Counted from the stretch's first letter, positions 38,645 to 49,273 are shown. The stretch is 64,000 bases of DNA from Candidatus Nomurabacteria bacterium (GCA_943356525.1 CALRFG010000004.1:290-64289), one strand, 5' to 3'. The notes: generated from the letters alone by a model not told the origin. Program-made: numbers and translations.

Positions 38645-39601
38645 ATGAACATAGTCTTTAAAATATTTTTATCTTTTACTATAGTGTTTTTAATAGCAAT
38701 GTCTTTTATATACTTAAATATTTTTATACCGGTAAACGCAATTCAATACCCAGTAATAGTTGAAGTTGTTAAAGGTGAAAGTCTGTCTTCAGTTTCTGAA
38801 AAATTGTATGATAAAAAATTAATTAAGAATAAATTTATATTTAAAAATTTTATAAAACTTTTAAGACAAGACTCTCGTATACAATTAGGGGAATATTCAT
38901 ATCATAGACCTATGAATACTATAGAGATTTTGAATAAACTTGTCTCTGGAAGATTTGAATATATACCTGTAATAATGACCATAAAAGAAGGTGAGGATTA
39001 TAGAACTATAACTGATAAGATTTATGATAAGTTTAAAAATGTATCTGCGGAATATTCAAAAGATCAATTGATTGAAATATTGAAAACAAAAGAAGGTTAT
39101 TTATTTCCAGAAACATATAACTTTGCACCATTTACAAGACTTGACGGTATTTTTAAAAAAATAGATCAAGAATTTGTAAAAAGAACACAAAAATATAGTC
39201 TGAGTACTGAGGATCTTTCTAGAACATTGATCATAGCGTCTATTCTTGAAAAAGAAGTTCCACACCCTGAAGATATGAAGGTGGTTTCAGGGATAATACA
39301 AAATCGTCTACGAAAAAAAATGCCATTACAGATGGACTCAACTTTGGGCTATATCACAGGTAAGGCTTCGCTTCAACTGACGTCTCAAGATTTGGCAACA
39401 AGTTCTCCATATAACACATATAAAATAAAAGGCTTACCATCAGGACCGATTGGAAATCCGGGAGATGTTGCTATAGAGGCTGCTATAAACCCTGATAAAA
39501 ATGATTTTATATATTTCTTATCTGATAAAAGTGGTGTAAATCATTATGCAAAGAGTTATGCTGAGCATTTAAAAAATAGGAGGTTGTATTTAAATAAATA
39601 G
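38645..39601 (+). CDS. mltG: Endolytic murein transglycosylase MltG (YceG family)
   Basis: N-terminal transmembrane segment plus the YceG-like domain, with 'GLPSGPIGNPG' near the C-terminus. Confidence 0.75.
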   Translation: MNIVFKIFLSFTIVFLIAMSFIYLNIFIPVNAIQYPVIVEVVKGESLSSVSEKLYDKKLIKNKFIFKNFIKLLRQDSRIQLGEYSYHRPMNTIEILNKLVSGRFEYIPVIMTIKEGEDYRTITDKIYDKFKNVSAEYSKDQLIEILKTKEGYLFPETYNFAPFTRLDGIFKKIDQEFVKRTQKYSLSTEDLSRTLIIASILEKEVPHPEDMKVVSGIIQNRLRKKMPLQMDSTLGYITGKASLQLTSQDLATSSPYNTYKIKGLPSGPIGNPGDVAIEAAINPDKNDFIYFLSDKSGVNHYAKSYAEHLKNRRLYLNK

Positions 39602-39625
39602 ACATTTTGTGATATATTCATAATA

Positions 39626-40669
39626 ATGTCCACTATGAAAAAAGTCTACCTAGGCATGTCAGGAGGTGTTGATTCTTCGGTATCAGCTTACCTATTAAAG
39701 AAACAAGGTTATGATGTAACTGGTGTTTTTATCCGTGTATGGCAACCTGACTTAGGTTCATGTACCTGGAAAGATGAAAGACGTGATGCCATGCGAGTAT
39801 GCGCACATCTAGATATTCCTTTTATAACTTTGGACCTGAGAGATGAATATAAAAAAGGTGTTGTTGATTATATGTTCAGTGAATATTCTAAAGGTAATGT
39901 TCCAAACCCGGATGTGATGTGTAATAGAGAAGTAAAGTTTGGTGCATTTTGGAATTGGGCAAAAGTTCAAGGTGCCGACTTTATCGCCACAGGTCACTAT
40001 GCCCAGAATATAAATAATGAATTATTGGAAGGAAAAGATAAAAATAAAGACCAATCATATTTTCTGTGGACTCTAGAGATGCATGAAATGAGTCACATAT
40101 TATTTCCCATTGGTCATTTACAAAAACCTGAACTTCGTAAGCTAGCTGAAAAAGCCAAGATACCAGTCTTTGATAAAAAAGATAGTCAAGGAGTTTGTTT
40201 CCTTGGACAAATAGATATGAAAGAATTTTTAAAACAAAACATAGAAACAAAAAAAGGTGATGTCCTGGACTGTCACGGAAACGTTATTGGAAGTCATGAT
40301 GGTGCAGTGTTATATGCAATAGGTGAAAGACATGGTTTCGACATTTTCAAAAACACAAATACACAAGAAAGACTATATATAATATCAAAGGACATAGAAA
40401 AGAATACAATAACCGTGGGCAGTGAGGTCAAGATAGACAGCAATATTGAAAACTTTATCAAAATAAAAAATGTAGTTTTACGAAATAGCACGGATAACAT
40501 AAAAACATGTAGGCTAAGATATAGACAAGAGAAAGTTAAAGTACGAAGAATTTCAAATGATGGTGAATTTTGTAGAATCTATTTAGAAAAACCTGAGATG
40601 TATTCGTCAGGGCAATCTATGGTTTTTTATGATGGGGAGATCTGTATTGGGGGTGGGGTGATGATGTAA
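39626..40669 (+). CDS. mnmA: tRNA-specific 2-thiouridylase MnmA
   Basis: PP-loop 'GMSGGVDSSV' and catalytic cysteines in 'VMCNREVKFG' and 'GVCFLGQ'. Confidence 0.9.
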   Translation: MSTMKKVYLGMSGGVDSSVSAYLLKKQGYDVTGVFIRVWQPDLGSCTWKDERRDAMRVCAHLDIPFITLDLRDEYKKGVVDYMFSEYSKGNVPNPDVMCNREVKFGAFWNWAKVQGADFIATGHYAQNINNELLEGKDKNKDQSYFLWTLEMHEMSHILFPIGHLQKPELRKLAEKAKIPVFDKKDSQGVCFLGQIDMKEFLKQNIETKKGDVLDCHGNVIGSHDGAVLYAIGERHGFDIFKNTNTQERLYIISKDIEKNTITVGSEVKIDSNIENFIKIKNVVLRNSTDNIKTCRLRYRQEKVKVRRISNDGEFCRIYLEKPEMYSSGQSMVFYDGEICIGGGVMM

Positions 40670-40727
40670 AAGTATTTCACCTAAAATATTTATTTAAAAT
40701 AAATAAATATGTTAAAATGAATTACAT

Positions 40728-41603
40728 ATGCAAATACGAAAAGCGAATGGAACTATAGAACAATTTGATGAAAAAAAACTTATTAAAGCACTTTCACAAA
40801 CTGGGGCAAAAATAGATACAGCTAGAGATATTTCAAATTATGTTAAAGATAAATGTTATCAAAATTACAAAGATAATCAGCCAATAAAAACTGATTATAT
40901 ATATCGTTTAGCATTTAAGCATTTAAAAAATATATCTAAAGCTTCTGCTTTAAAATTTTCTCTTAAAAGATCTATGCTTGAAATCGGCCCTTCTGGTTTT
41001 CCTTTTGAAAAATTTATTGCTGATATATGGCGACATGAAGGTTACAATGCTATAACAGGTCAAATGGTATATGGAAAATGTGTGTCTCATGAAGTTGATG
41101 TTGTAGCGTGGAGAAATGATGAATTAGTTATGGTAGAAGCAAAATATCATAGCGACGCTGGAAGTAGAACTGATCTCAAGAATGCTCTTTATGTAAAGGC
41201 TCGTTATGATGATTTAAGGCAAAATACTTTTTCCATAGAATCTTTAGATACAAAAGCTACAAAAGGTCTTGACTCTGCTATGTCTAAAACACTGACGGAA
41301 GGTTGGCTTATAACTAATACATATTTTTCAGATACTGCTATTATTTATGCAAATTGTAATAATTTGAAGTTGATGAGCTTTGATTATCCTATAGATGGAT
41401 CTTTGCAAGATAAAATTATAGGATATTCTTTATATCCAATAACCATACTAACCACTTTGACAAAGGAAGAAAAGGTAAGGCTTATAGAAAAAGATATTAT
41501 TTTATGTAAAACACTTCACAGTCAAAATCATGTATTAAAAGAATTGGGTGTTGATAAGGATAGAATATATGATATTTTAGAAGAAATCTCAACTCTTTTA
41601 TAG
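40728..41603 (+). CDS. Protein with an ATP-cone domain fused to an Mrr-like restriction-endonuclease (PD-(D/E)xK) domain
   Basis: N-terminal 'IRKANGTIEQFDEKKLIKAL' is an ATP-cone as in NrdR. 'FEKFIADIWRHEGY...SHEVDVVAW...VMVEAKYH' is an Mrr_cat-type E-x-D...E-x-K core. Confidence 0.6.
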   Translation: MQIRKANGTIEQFDEKKLIKALSQTGAKIDTARDISNYVKDKCYQNYKDNQPIKTDYIYRLAFKHLKNISKASALKFSLKRSMLEIGPSGFPFEKFIADIWRHEGYNAITGQMVYGKCVSHEVDVVAWRNDELVMVEAKYHSDAGSRTDLKNALYVKARYDDLRQNTFSIESLDTKATKGLDSAMSKTLTEGWLITNTYFSDTAIIYANCNNLKLMSFDYPIDGSLQDKIIGYSLYPITILTTLTKEEKVRLIEKDIILCKTLHSQNHVLKELGVDKDRIYDILEEISTLL

Positions 41604-41622
41604 TATGCTATAATACACAAAT

Positions 41623-42423
41623 ATGGCATCAAAATTCATACCCTGGAAAAAGAAATTATACATAAAAGGCGATAAAGAGGCTTTTAAACTTAGTCGGTCT
41701 AAGATAGATCTCTTTGTAGAATGCCCCCGATGTTTTTACTTGGACCGAAGACTGGGAGTCTCACGTCCGCAAGGCTTTCCTTTTAATCTAAACTCGGCTG
41801 TTGACTTACTTTTAAAAAAAGAATTTGACCAACATAGACTTGCAAAAACTCCACATCCTTATATGTTAGAGAACGATATAAAAGCCATTCCTTTTTCTCA
41901 TACAGAGATGGATGTTTGGAGAGAAAACTTTGTCGGTGCTCAGGTTACAGATGATAAAAATAATCTTTTAATAACTGGAGCAATCGACGATATATGGGTT
42001 TATACAGACGGTGAAGATAAAGACAAAATTATCATAGTCGACTATAAAGCCACAAGTAAAGATGGTGAAGTAACTCTTAGTGATCAATGGCAAGATGGAT
42101 ATAAGAGACAGATGGAAATATATCAATGGATATTTAGAAAGTTAGGTTTTGATGTATCTTCAACTGGATATTTTGTTTATGCAAACGGCGATAGGTCACT
42201 AGAGAGTTTTAATAATAAGTTAGAGTTTAAGATTAAAGTTATTCCATATGTAGGTAAAACAGAGTGGATAGAAGGTGTATTGGAGAATATAAAAAAATGT
42301 CTAGAAGATGATAGAATTCCTAAAGAAAAAGATAATTGCGATTATTGTGGTTATAGAAATAAATCAGGAGTAGCTTTCAAAAACCACTTAGATAAGACTA
42401 GTGATAAAGGGTTGTTTGCATAG
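41623..42423 (+). CDS. Cas4-like RecB-family PD-(D/E)xK nuclease with a 4-Cys (Fe-S) cluster
   Basis: N-terminal 'ECPRCFY', then 'IIIVDYKATS' and 'QMEIYQW' (Q-x3-Y), then C-terminal 'C...CDYCGY'. This is the Cas4/DUF83 arrangement. Confidence 0.6.
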   Translation: MASKFIPWKKKLYIKGDKEAFKLSRSKIDLFVECPRCFYLDRRLGVSRPQGFPFNLNSAVDLLLKKEFDQHRLAKTPHPYMLENDIKAIPFSHTEMDVWRENFVGAQVTDDKNNLLITGAIDDIWVYTDGEDKDKIIIVDYKATSKDGEVTLSDQWQDGYKRQMEIYQWIFRKLGFDVSSTGYFVYANGDRSLESFNNKLEFKIKVIPYVGKTEWIEGVLENIKKCLEDDRIPKEKDNCDYCGYRNKSGVAFKNHLDKTSDKGLFA

Positions 42424-42495
42424 ATTGAAAGAATACTATCTTATGAGTCAGGTCAATGCGATTTTTTCTTATACATGATATATTACAAACATAAT

Positions 42496-44298
42496 ATGCA
42501 GCCGCTTGTAAAGAAAATCAAAGATAGAGTAAACATTGTCGATATCATTGGCTCCATGATAAAACTGGACCGAAATGGGATAAATCATAAAGCCTGCTGT
42601 CCATTTCACCATGAAAAAACACCTTCATTTTTCGTCTCAGAACAAAGACAAACATTCAACTGTTTCGGCTGTGGTGTAAAGGGGGATGTAGTAGAGTTTG
42701 TAAAATTATACGAGCATTTAGATTTTAAGGAAGCCTTGAGATATGTTTTTGATAAATCAGGTCTACCCGAAAGTGATTGGCAACAAAATCAAGAAAGAAG
42801 TTCACAGGACATCAAAGCTGATCAAGAAAGAAAAGAAGCGCAGGAGGTATTTGAAAAAGTTGTAGATATTTATCATAAAAATTTACAAGAAAAAGAATCT
42901 GAAAATGTTTTGCTTTATCTAAAAAACCGAGGACTTAAATCAGAAACTATAAACACTTGGAAAATAGGTTACTCACCTGAAGCTTGGCAATTTGTAGAAA
43001 GTAAAATACCACCAAGTTCTATACTTGAAAAAGTTGGTGTTGTAAAAGCTAAAGATGGTAAAAGATATGATTTTTTTCGTGACCGTATCATTTTCCCAAT
43101 ATTTGATATACAAGGTCATGCTATAGCCATATCAGCACGTATAGTCGATAAGGGTGAACCAAAATATTTAAACAGTCCTGACACTATACTTTTCAATAAA
43201 TCAGAAACTTTGTATGGACTAGATAAAGCAAAGGAAGGTATACGAAAATTTAAATACGCTATACTTGTTGAAGGGCAAATGGATCTTTTATTGTGTCATC
43301 AAGAAGGTTTTAATAATACAGTTGCTACATCAGGAACAGCATTGACTGATAAGCATTTACAAATGCTACGTCGGTATACAAATAACCTGATGCTTATATA
43401 TGACGCAGATAAAGCTGGGCTTAACGCAACTATAAAAGCATGGAGTTTAGCTTTAAAATACGGCTTTGAGGTTAAAACCGCTGTTATGTCAGCAGGTGAA
43501 GATCCTGCATCATTGTTGTTGAAAGACAAAAAATTATTTTTAAATACAATAAAGAAGGCAGTACATGTTATAGATTTTGTAATATCTCAATCGGACAATA
43601 AAAGTCGTATATCTACAAAGAACTCTTTGGATAAAATCATACCACTTATAGCTTCACTCGAAAGTTCTATAGACAAAGAGTTTTTCTCAAAGAAAACAGC
43701 TGAGTATTTTGACCTGTCTTTGGAAAATATTAACTCTGAACTTCAGAAATATACCCAGAGTCAAAGTGGTTATAGCGGTAGATATGTAGACAATATTGAC
43801 AACAATCTTGACAATGCTGAAGACTCAGGAAAAAAGGTATATATCGTTATAGACAAAGCCCTTGCGGAATTCAAATCTTTGGTGTATATTTACAATCAAC
43901 AATTAAATACGCTGGTCTTACAATCTGAAAATCCAAAAGATCATTCAGATAAAATACAAAAAATAGATTCATATATAGATGAATATAAAAATAGCGACTT
44001 ATTTAAACTACAGCAAGCATATATACCTGACCTAAATTCAATATTCGATAAGATTGGTGATATTGATGAAAATGTTATTTTCAACCTTGAAAATATTTAC
44101 ACTCAAAAGAAAGTTGATTTAGATTTTTACAAACAAGAGATAGATATATCATATAAAAATTTTACTCATAAGATATACAATTTAGTATTTCAAGAGATAC
44201 AAAATAAATTAAAAAAAGCCGAAATTATTAAAGATAATAATTCAATAAATAAATATACTCAAGATATAAATATATTATGGCAAAACCAAAAAAAATAA
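42496..44298 (+). CDS. dnaG: DNA primase DnaG
   Basis: Zinc ribbon '[12 protein letters not shown]...CFGCG', RNA polymerase domain, and Toprim 'LVEGQMD'. Confidence 0.9.
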   Translation: MQPLVKKIKDRVNIVDIIGSMIKLDRNGINHKACCPFHHEKTPSFFVSEQRQTFNCFGCGVKGDVVEFVKLYEHLDFKEALRYVFDKSGLPESDWQQNQERSSQDIKADQERKEAQEVFEKVVDIYHKNLQEKESENVLLYLKNRGLKSETINTWKIGYSPEAWQFVESKIPPSSILEKVGVVKAKDGKRYDFFRDRIIFPIFDIQGHAIAISARIVDKGEPKYLNSPDTILFNKSETLYGLDKAKEGIRKFKYAILVEGQMDLLLCHQEGFNNTVATSGTALTDKHLQMLRRYTNNLMLIYDADKAGLNATIKAWSLALKYGFEVKTAVMSAGEDPASLLLKDKKLFLNTIKKAVHVIDFVISQSDNKSRISTKNSLDKIIPLIASLESSIDKEFFSKKTAEYFDLSLENINSELQKYTQSQSGYSGRYVDNIDNNLDNAEDSGKKVYIVIDKALAEFKSLVYIYNQQLNTLVLQSENPKDHSDKIQKIDSYIDEYKNSDLFKLQQAYIPDLNSIFDKIGDIDENVIFNLENIYTQKKVDLDFYKQEIDISYKNFTHKIYNLVFQEIQNKLKKAEIIKDNNSINKYTQDINILWQNQKK

Positions 44299-45629
44299 TA
44301 AAAAAAATAATTAAAGTGAAAAAACCCGAGAAAAAAAAAGTTATTAAAAAAGTTATAGCGGCAAAAATAGCAGCAAAAAAAGTTATGGTAAAAAAAATAG
44401 AAGTAAAGAAAATAATTCCTAAAAAGATTGTTAAAATCGTTGCAAAAAAATCTGATAAACCTATAAAGGTTGTTAAGGTTGAGAAAGAGGATAAATCTGA
44501 CAAAGCAGAAAGAATAATTAAAATAGAGGATACAAGAAGTAAGGCTCAAAAATCTATCGACAATAAATATGATAAAAAAGCAGAGAAACTTATCGTTAAA
44601 GGACGTGAAAGAGGTTTTGTTACTTACGATGAGATTTTAAAAGAATTTCCAGATGTTGAAGAGGATATACTTTTCCTTGATTATTTATATCAAAAATTAC
44701 AGGGTGCTCATATAGATATTTTAGAGTCAGGCGGTTTTCTAAATATACAAGACGAACAAGATGAATTTTTGAAGAAATATAGTGGTCCAACAGGTCGTGA
44801 AGCACAGTTCGACTCTATACAGATGTATCTTAAAGAGATTGGTCAATTTGACCTTATCTCAGGACATGAAGAGAAAGAGTTAGCTAAACGTATAGAATCA
44901 GGTGATAGAGAAGCTGTAAACTTATTGATGAGAGCCAACCTACGTCTTGTTGTCTCTATTGCTAAAAAATATGCAAACCGTTCACAAGACTTAACACTAC
45001 TTGACCTCATACAAGAGGGAAATATTGGTCTTTCAAAAGCTATTGAAAAATTTGATTGGCAAAGAGGATTTAAATTTTCAACTTATGCCACTTGGTGGAT
45101 ACGACAGTCTATAACTCGTGCACTTGCTGATCAGTCCCGTACTATACGTGTACCTGTTCATATGGTTGAGACTATTGCTAAGTATAAACAAGTTGTAAGA
45201 AGACTTTTTCAAGACCTAGGTAGAGACCCGATGCCTGAAGAGATTGCTCTAGAGATGGGTGTTGATATAGAGAAAGTTTATATGATAGAGAAGATAGACC
45301 AATCAACTGTGTCACTCGATACACCAGTCGATGATGAAGAGAAATCAGTTTTTGCCGACTTCGTTGCTGATGATAAAGTTAATACACCAGACCAAGATTC
45401 TTCAAAGCGTATCTTGCAAGATCAAGTTCGTGAGATCTTGAATGATCTGAACGAAAAGGAAAGAGAAATATTGATGTTAAGAAATGGTATGACTGATGGT
45501 GTACAGCATACACTAGAGGAGGTAGGTAAAATGTTTGGTGTCACTAGAGAGCGTATAAGACAGATTGAGGCTAAGGCACATGAGAAGATCAGGCAACATG
45601 ATAAAGCTAATAGACTAAAAGGATACTAG
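44277..45629 (+). CDS. rpoD: RNA polymerase sigma factor RpoD (sigma70) with a lysine-rich repetitive N-terminal extension
   Basis: Regions 1.2 to 4.2 are present, including '[10 protein letters not shown]' and region 4 'LTEREREIL...'. The N-terminal roughly 65 aa are K/I/V repeats. The gene overlaps the dnaG 3' end by 22 nt. Confidence 0.9.
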   Translation: MAKPKKIIKKIIKVKKPEKKKVIKKVIAAKIAAKKVMVKKIEVKKIIPKKIVKIVAKKSDKPIKVVKVEKEDKSDKAERIIKIEDTRSKAQKSIDNKYDKKAEKLIVKGRERGFVTYDEILKEFPDVEEDILFLDYLYQKLQGAHIDILESGGFLNIQDEQDEFLKKYSGPTGREAQFDSIQMYLKEIGQFDLISGHEEKELAKRIESGDREAVNLLMRANLRLVVSIAKKYANRSQDLTLLDLIQEGNIGLSKAIEKFDWQRGFKFSTYATWWIRQSITRALADQSRTIRVPVHMVETIAKYKQVVRRLFQDLGRDPMPEEIALEMGVDIEKVYMIEKIDQSTVSLDTPVDDEEKSVFADFVADDKVNTPDQDSSKRILQDQVREILNDLNEKEREILMLRNGMTDGVQHTLEEVGKMFGVTRERIRQIEAKAHEKIRQHDKANRLKGY

Positions 45630-45632
45630 ATA

Positions 45633-45719
45633 AAATCAATTTATGGAATGAGTTTCTCCGCAGACCTGTTTTCCTAGAAAATAGGTCGAGGACTGAAACG
45701 GAATGAAGTAAATTGATTT
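45633..45719 (+). other. Highly structured segment immediately 3' of rpoD, with nested helices, followed by a single DnaA-box-like site
   Basis: AAATCAATTTA at 45633-45643 pairs with TAAATTGATTT at 45709-45719. Nested inside are GTTTC/GAAAC, GACC/GGTC and CCTA-gaaaa-TAGG stems. TGTGGATAA lies at 45720-45728. Confidence 0.35.
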
Positions 45720-45810
45720 TGTGGATAACTTTCCTAGGAGCACTTGCATTATATTTCACCTATGCTATATTAATTGAACTAAGGAGTTAAGCAATTAACA
45801 CCTTAGTACT

Positions 45811-45845
45811 CAAAAGAAACTTGTCGCAAGATAAGTTTCTTTTGA
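45811..45845. terminator. Intrinsic terminator
   Basis: Stem AAAGAAACTT...AAGTTTCTTT. Confidence 0.6.
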
Positions 45846-45949
45846 CGTAAGGCTATTACAGTTTTGAAATTACTTGAAAATGATTATCGAATCAGCCTAC
45901 AAAAACTCCAGCAATGGGGTTTTTGTTTTGTCTATATATAAGTGATAGA

Positions 45950-48900
45950 ATGATGTTTATGCCACAAAAAACATCTCAACTGGATTTATACCAAGAATCA
46001 TATAAACGCCTTAACAAAGCTCAAAAACAGGCTGTGGACACGATAGACGGACCAGTTCTCATTGTTGCAGGACCAGGGTCAGGAAAGACAGAGATCTTGT
46101 CACTTCGTGTTGCCAACATACTATTAAAAACTGACATAAAAGCATCGAACATCTTATGTCTTACTTTTACCGACTCGGCGACCCATAATATGAGAAGTCG
46201 TATTGAAAAGTATTTGAAAGAAGATGCTTATAGAGTTAATATTCATACATTTCACAATCTATGTACAAGTATTATATCCAACTATCCAGAGTATTTTTAT
46301 GATGGAGCTATAGTTCATCCAGCTGATGATGTGACTAAGATCAACATACTTGAAACTATAATCAAAGATCTTTCACATGACTCTAAGATAAAATCATATC
46401 ATCCTGAGCAAGGATATCTTTTTCTAAGTTCTATACAGTCAACGATTTCACATCTTAAAAAAGCTGGGCTTACACCAGATGATCTTGAAGTTATATTAAA
46501 TGAAAATGATAAAGATATAATCATACTTAATGAAAAACTTTCTCCTATCATGTCAGAGCGAGTGTCAGAGTCTATATATGACAAGTTTTGTACAGAGTTT
46601 GAAAAATTATACAAAGAAAGAGGAAATAGATATGTTCTAAATTATCATTCACTTATCGATGCATTATATCTAAACTTTAAAACAACTGTACTTGAGAAAA
46701 AAGATTTTTCAGATTGGAAATCAAAGAATACTGAGAAAAATACTAAGAGTGAAAACATTTTCAAAGATACGAGAAGATCAGACACTCTGCGAGAGATAAA
46801 TACAGTTTACAAGAAATATCAAGCTGAACTATATAAACAAGGCTATCAGGATTTTGATGATATGATACTAGACGTTTTAACTGTGTTGAAAAAGAATGAA
46901 TCATTACGTTTGAAAATTCAAGAACAATATCAATATGTTTTAGTTGATGAGTTTCAAGACACTAATGATGCACAGATGCAGATTATATATTCTCTTACCC
47001 ACAATGATTTTAACGAGAATAAACCAAACATCATGGCAGTAGGTGATGATGATCAGGCTATATATAAGTTCCAAGGGGCTGAGCTTTCAAATATATTAGA
47101 GTTTACAAAGATGTACTCTGATGTGAAAGTTATTTCTTTAACACAGAACTATAGATCCAATTCTGAGATTGTAGATGCGTCTTTATCTATGATACGTAAT
47201 AGTGAGTTTAGACTTGAAAAATTATTGGCTGGTTTTGTCAAAGAGTTAAAGTCAGATCATAAATTTGCTGATAGAAATATTTTAAAAAATAAAAATGCAA
47301 TTGAGATGAAAGAGTTTGATACAAAATTACATGAATATTCTTACGTTGCAGACAAGATAAAAGAAATAACTGATCTAGGTATTGATGCTGAGAAGATTGC
47401 TATCATTAGTCGAAATCATCGAGATCTAACCGCTGTCATTCCATATCTATCGAGTCGCGATATACCGCTTCGTTATGAAAAAGATCAACATGTTTTAAAG
47501 CAAATACATATCAAACAACTTATTGATATTTTACATTTTGCTAACAATACTATGCATGAGGATAAAGATTTTCTTTTGAGTAAAATATTATCTTTTCCAT
47601 TTTGGAATATTAAACAGATTGATCTTTGGACTTTGTCTAGAAAAGCATATAAAGACAGAACCGATTGGTTGACGATAGAGTCAGATTCTCAAGAAATAAA
47701 TTCTGCGCGTGAAAAATTACTAGAAATTATAAAACTTGCTGCTTATGAAAACGCAGAGCATGTTATTGATTATGTTTTAAACAAGACAGGGTTTAGAGAT
47801 TATTATTTTAACTCTGAAAAATTTACACATGAAAAGTCTGAGTATTTAGTTTTCTTGTCTAACCTACGTGCATTTATACAAGCTATCAGAGATTATAAGC
47901 AAGGAAAAGAGATCAACGTATCTAATGTGATCGACTTTGTAACAGTTTATGAAAATAATACAAACCTTAACTTGTCTGATAAAAGTCCTTTCGTAAATGC
48001 TCGTAATGCTGTGAACTTGCTGACAGCTCACAAATCCAAAGGTCTAGAGTTCGAGATAGTGTTCATCTTGTCAGGAAACGAGTCCACCTGGGCCAATAAA
48101 AAGGCAAATACAACATATCTGCCAAAGAACTTGCCGATCACTCCTGCTGGAGACTCTGAGGATGATTGGCTTAGACTATTCTTTGTAACTTTAACTCGTG
48201 CGAAAGATCATATCTATATAACAAATCACAGAGCAGCGGACAATGGTAAAGGAACTGATAGATTAAGATTTTTAGGTATGATGAACTCAGTGGAAGTAGA
48301 GGAGGGGACAGTTGATCACATAAACAGTACTGATATCTTAGAGTCATCTGTGCTATTAGCAAATCAAAATATACGAACTGATTTTCTGGATAGTGAAAAA
48401 GCCCTACTTGATTCTATTTTGGAAAATTTGGTTTTACCTATAACTCATGTAAACAATTTCTTAAATATTCCCAAAGGTGGACCGATATATTTTTTGGAAA
48501 ATAATGTACTTCGTTTTCCACAAGCTAAAACTCCAAACGCAGGGTACGGATCTGCGATGCATAATATTTTAAACAAAAGTTTGATGCATTTTAAAACTCA
48601 GAAAAAATATCCTACCCTAGATGAAGTTAAAAAATGGTTTACAGAAAGTTTGATGCATGAAAGATTGTCCCATGCTGATTATAAAAACTTTTTAGCAAAG
48701 GGTTTGTCTGCACTTGATCTTATTTATAAAGAAAAGATTTTGACCATGAAAGATACAGATGTGTCTGAGGTTGATTTTAAAAATGAAGGGGTGACTTTTA
48801 GTGATGGTAATAATATAATTCCATTAACCGGTAAGATTGATGTACTTCATTTTAAAGATAAACACGATGTATACGTTGCTGATTATAAAACAGGAAAATC

Positions 48901-49234
48901 GTTTACAGATTGGGTTAAGGGGAATAATGAGAATGATAAAATAAAACTTCATTTTTATAGAAATCAGTTGGTGTTTTATAAAATACTGATAAAGAAATCT
49001 AAAAATCTAAATCATTTAAATGTGTTAGGTGGTGTGCTGGAGTTTATTGAGGGGGATCAAGAGCTTCGAGATTTGTACTTGGATATAACTAATGAGGATA
49101 TGGAGAGACTTGAAAGTGTTATCAAGGGTGTATACAAGAGAATAATGGAACATGATTTCACGGTCCCGGACGGGCTTGTAGGGTTGGGAGATTTGGAGAG
49201 TATTGAGAGGTTTGAGGAGATGATGTTGAGCTAA
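45950..49234 (+). CDS. UvrD/PcrA-like superfamily-1 helicase fused to a C-terminal RecB-family PD-(D/E)xK nuclease (AddA-like)
   Basis: Walker A 'GPGSGKTE', 'DEFQDTN', 'TAHKSKGLEF'. The C-terminal motifs are 'VADYKTGKS' and 'RNQLVFYKIL' (Q-x3-Y). The start is uncertain between 45914 and 45959. Confidence 0.8.
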   Translation: MMFMPQKTSQLDLYQESYKRLNKAQKQAVDTIDGPVLIVAGPGSGKTEILSLRVANILLKTDIKASNILCLTFTDSATHNMRSRIEKYLKEDAYRVNIHTFHNLCTSIISNYPEYFYDGAIVHPADDVTKINILETIIKDLSHDSKIKSYHPEQGYLFLSSIQSTISHLKKAGLTPDDLEVILNENDKDIIILNEKLSPIMSERVSESIYDKFCTEFEKLYKERGNRYVLNYHSLIDALYLNFKTTVLEKKDFSDWKSKNTEKNTKSENIFKDTRRSDTLREINTVYKKYQAELYKQGYQDFDDMILDVLTVLKKNESLRLKIQEQYQYVLVDEFQDTNDAQMQIIYSLTHNDFNENKPNIMAVGDDDQAIYKFQGAELSNILEFTKMYSDVKVISLTQNYRSNSEIVDASLSMIRNSEFRLEKLLAGFVKELKSDHKFADRNILKNKNAIEMKEFDTKLHEYSYVADKIKEITDLGIDAEKIAIISRNHRDLTAVIPYLSSRDIPLRYEKDQHVLKQIHIKQLIDILHFANNTMHEDKDFLLSKILSFPFWNIKQIDLWTLSRKAYKDRTDWLTIESDSQEINSAREKLLEIIKLAAYENAEHVIDYVLNKTGFRDYYFNSEKFTHEKSEYLVFLSNLRAFIQAIRDYKQGKEINVSNVIDFVTVYENNTNLNLSDKSPFVNARNAVNLLTAHKSKGLEFEIVFILSGNESTWANKKANTTYLPKNLPITPAGDSEDDWLRLFFVTLTRAKDHIYITNHRAADNGKGTDRLRFLGMMNSVEVEEGTVDHINSTDILESSVLLANQNIRTDFLDSEKALLDSILENLVLPITHVNNFLNIPKGGPIYFLENNVLRFPQAKTPNAGYGSAMHNILNKSLMHFKTQKKYPTLDEVKKWFTESLMHERLSHADYKNFLAKGLSALDLIYKEKILTMKDTDVSEVDFKNEGVTFSDGNNIIPLTGKIDVLHFKDKHDVYVADYKTGKSFTDWVKGNNENDKIKLHFYRNQLVFYKILIKKSKNLNHLNVLGGVLEFIEGDQELRDLYLDITNEDMERLESVIKGVYKRIMEHDFTVPDGLVGLGDLESIERFEEMMLS

Positions 49235-49253
49235 GTTTTTTCTATGGAATAAT

Positions 49254-49273
49254 TTTCATGCTACAATAAATCC
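49254..49273 (+). promoter_or_regulatory. Extended -10 promoter CATGCTACAATAA
   Basis: Fourth copy of the ATGCTACAATAA 12-mer. The ATG follows 8 nt after TACAAT. Confidence 0.5.
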
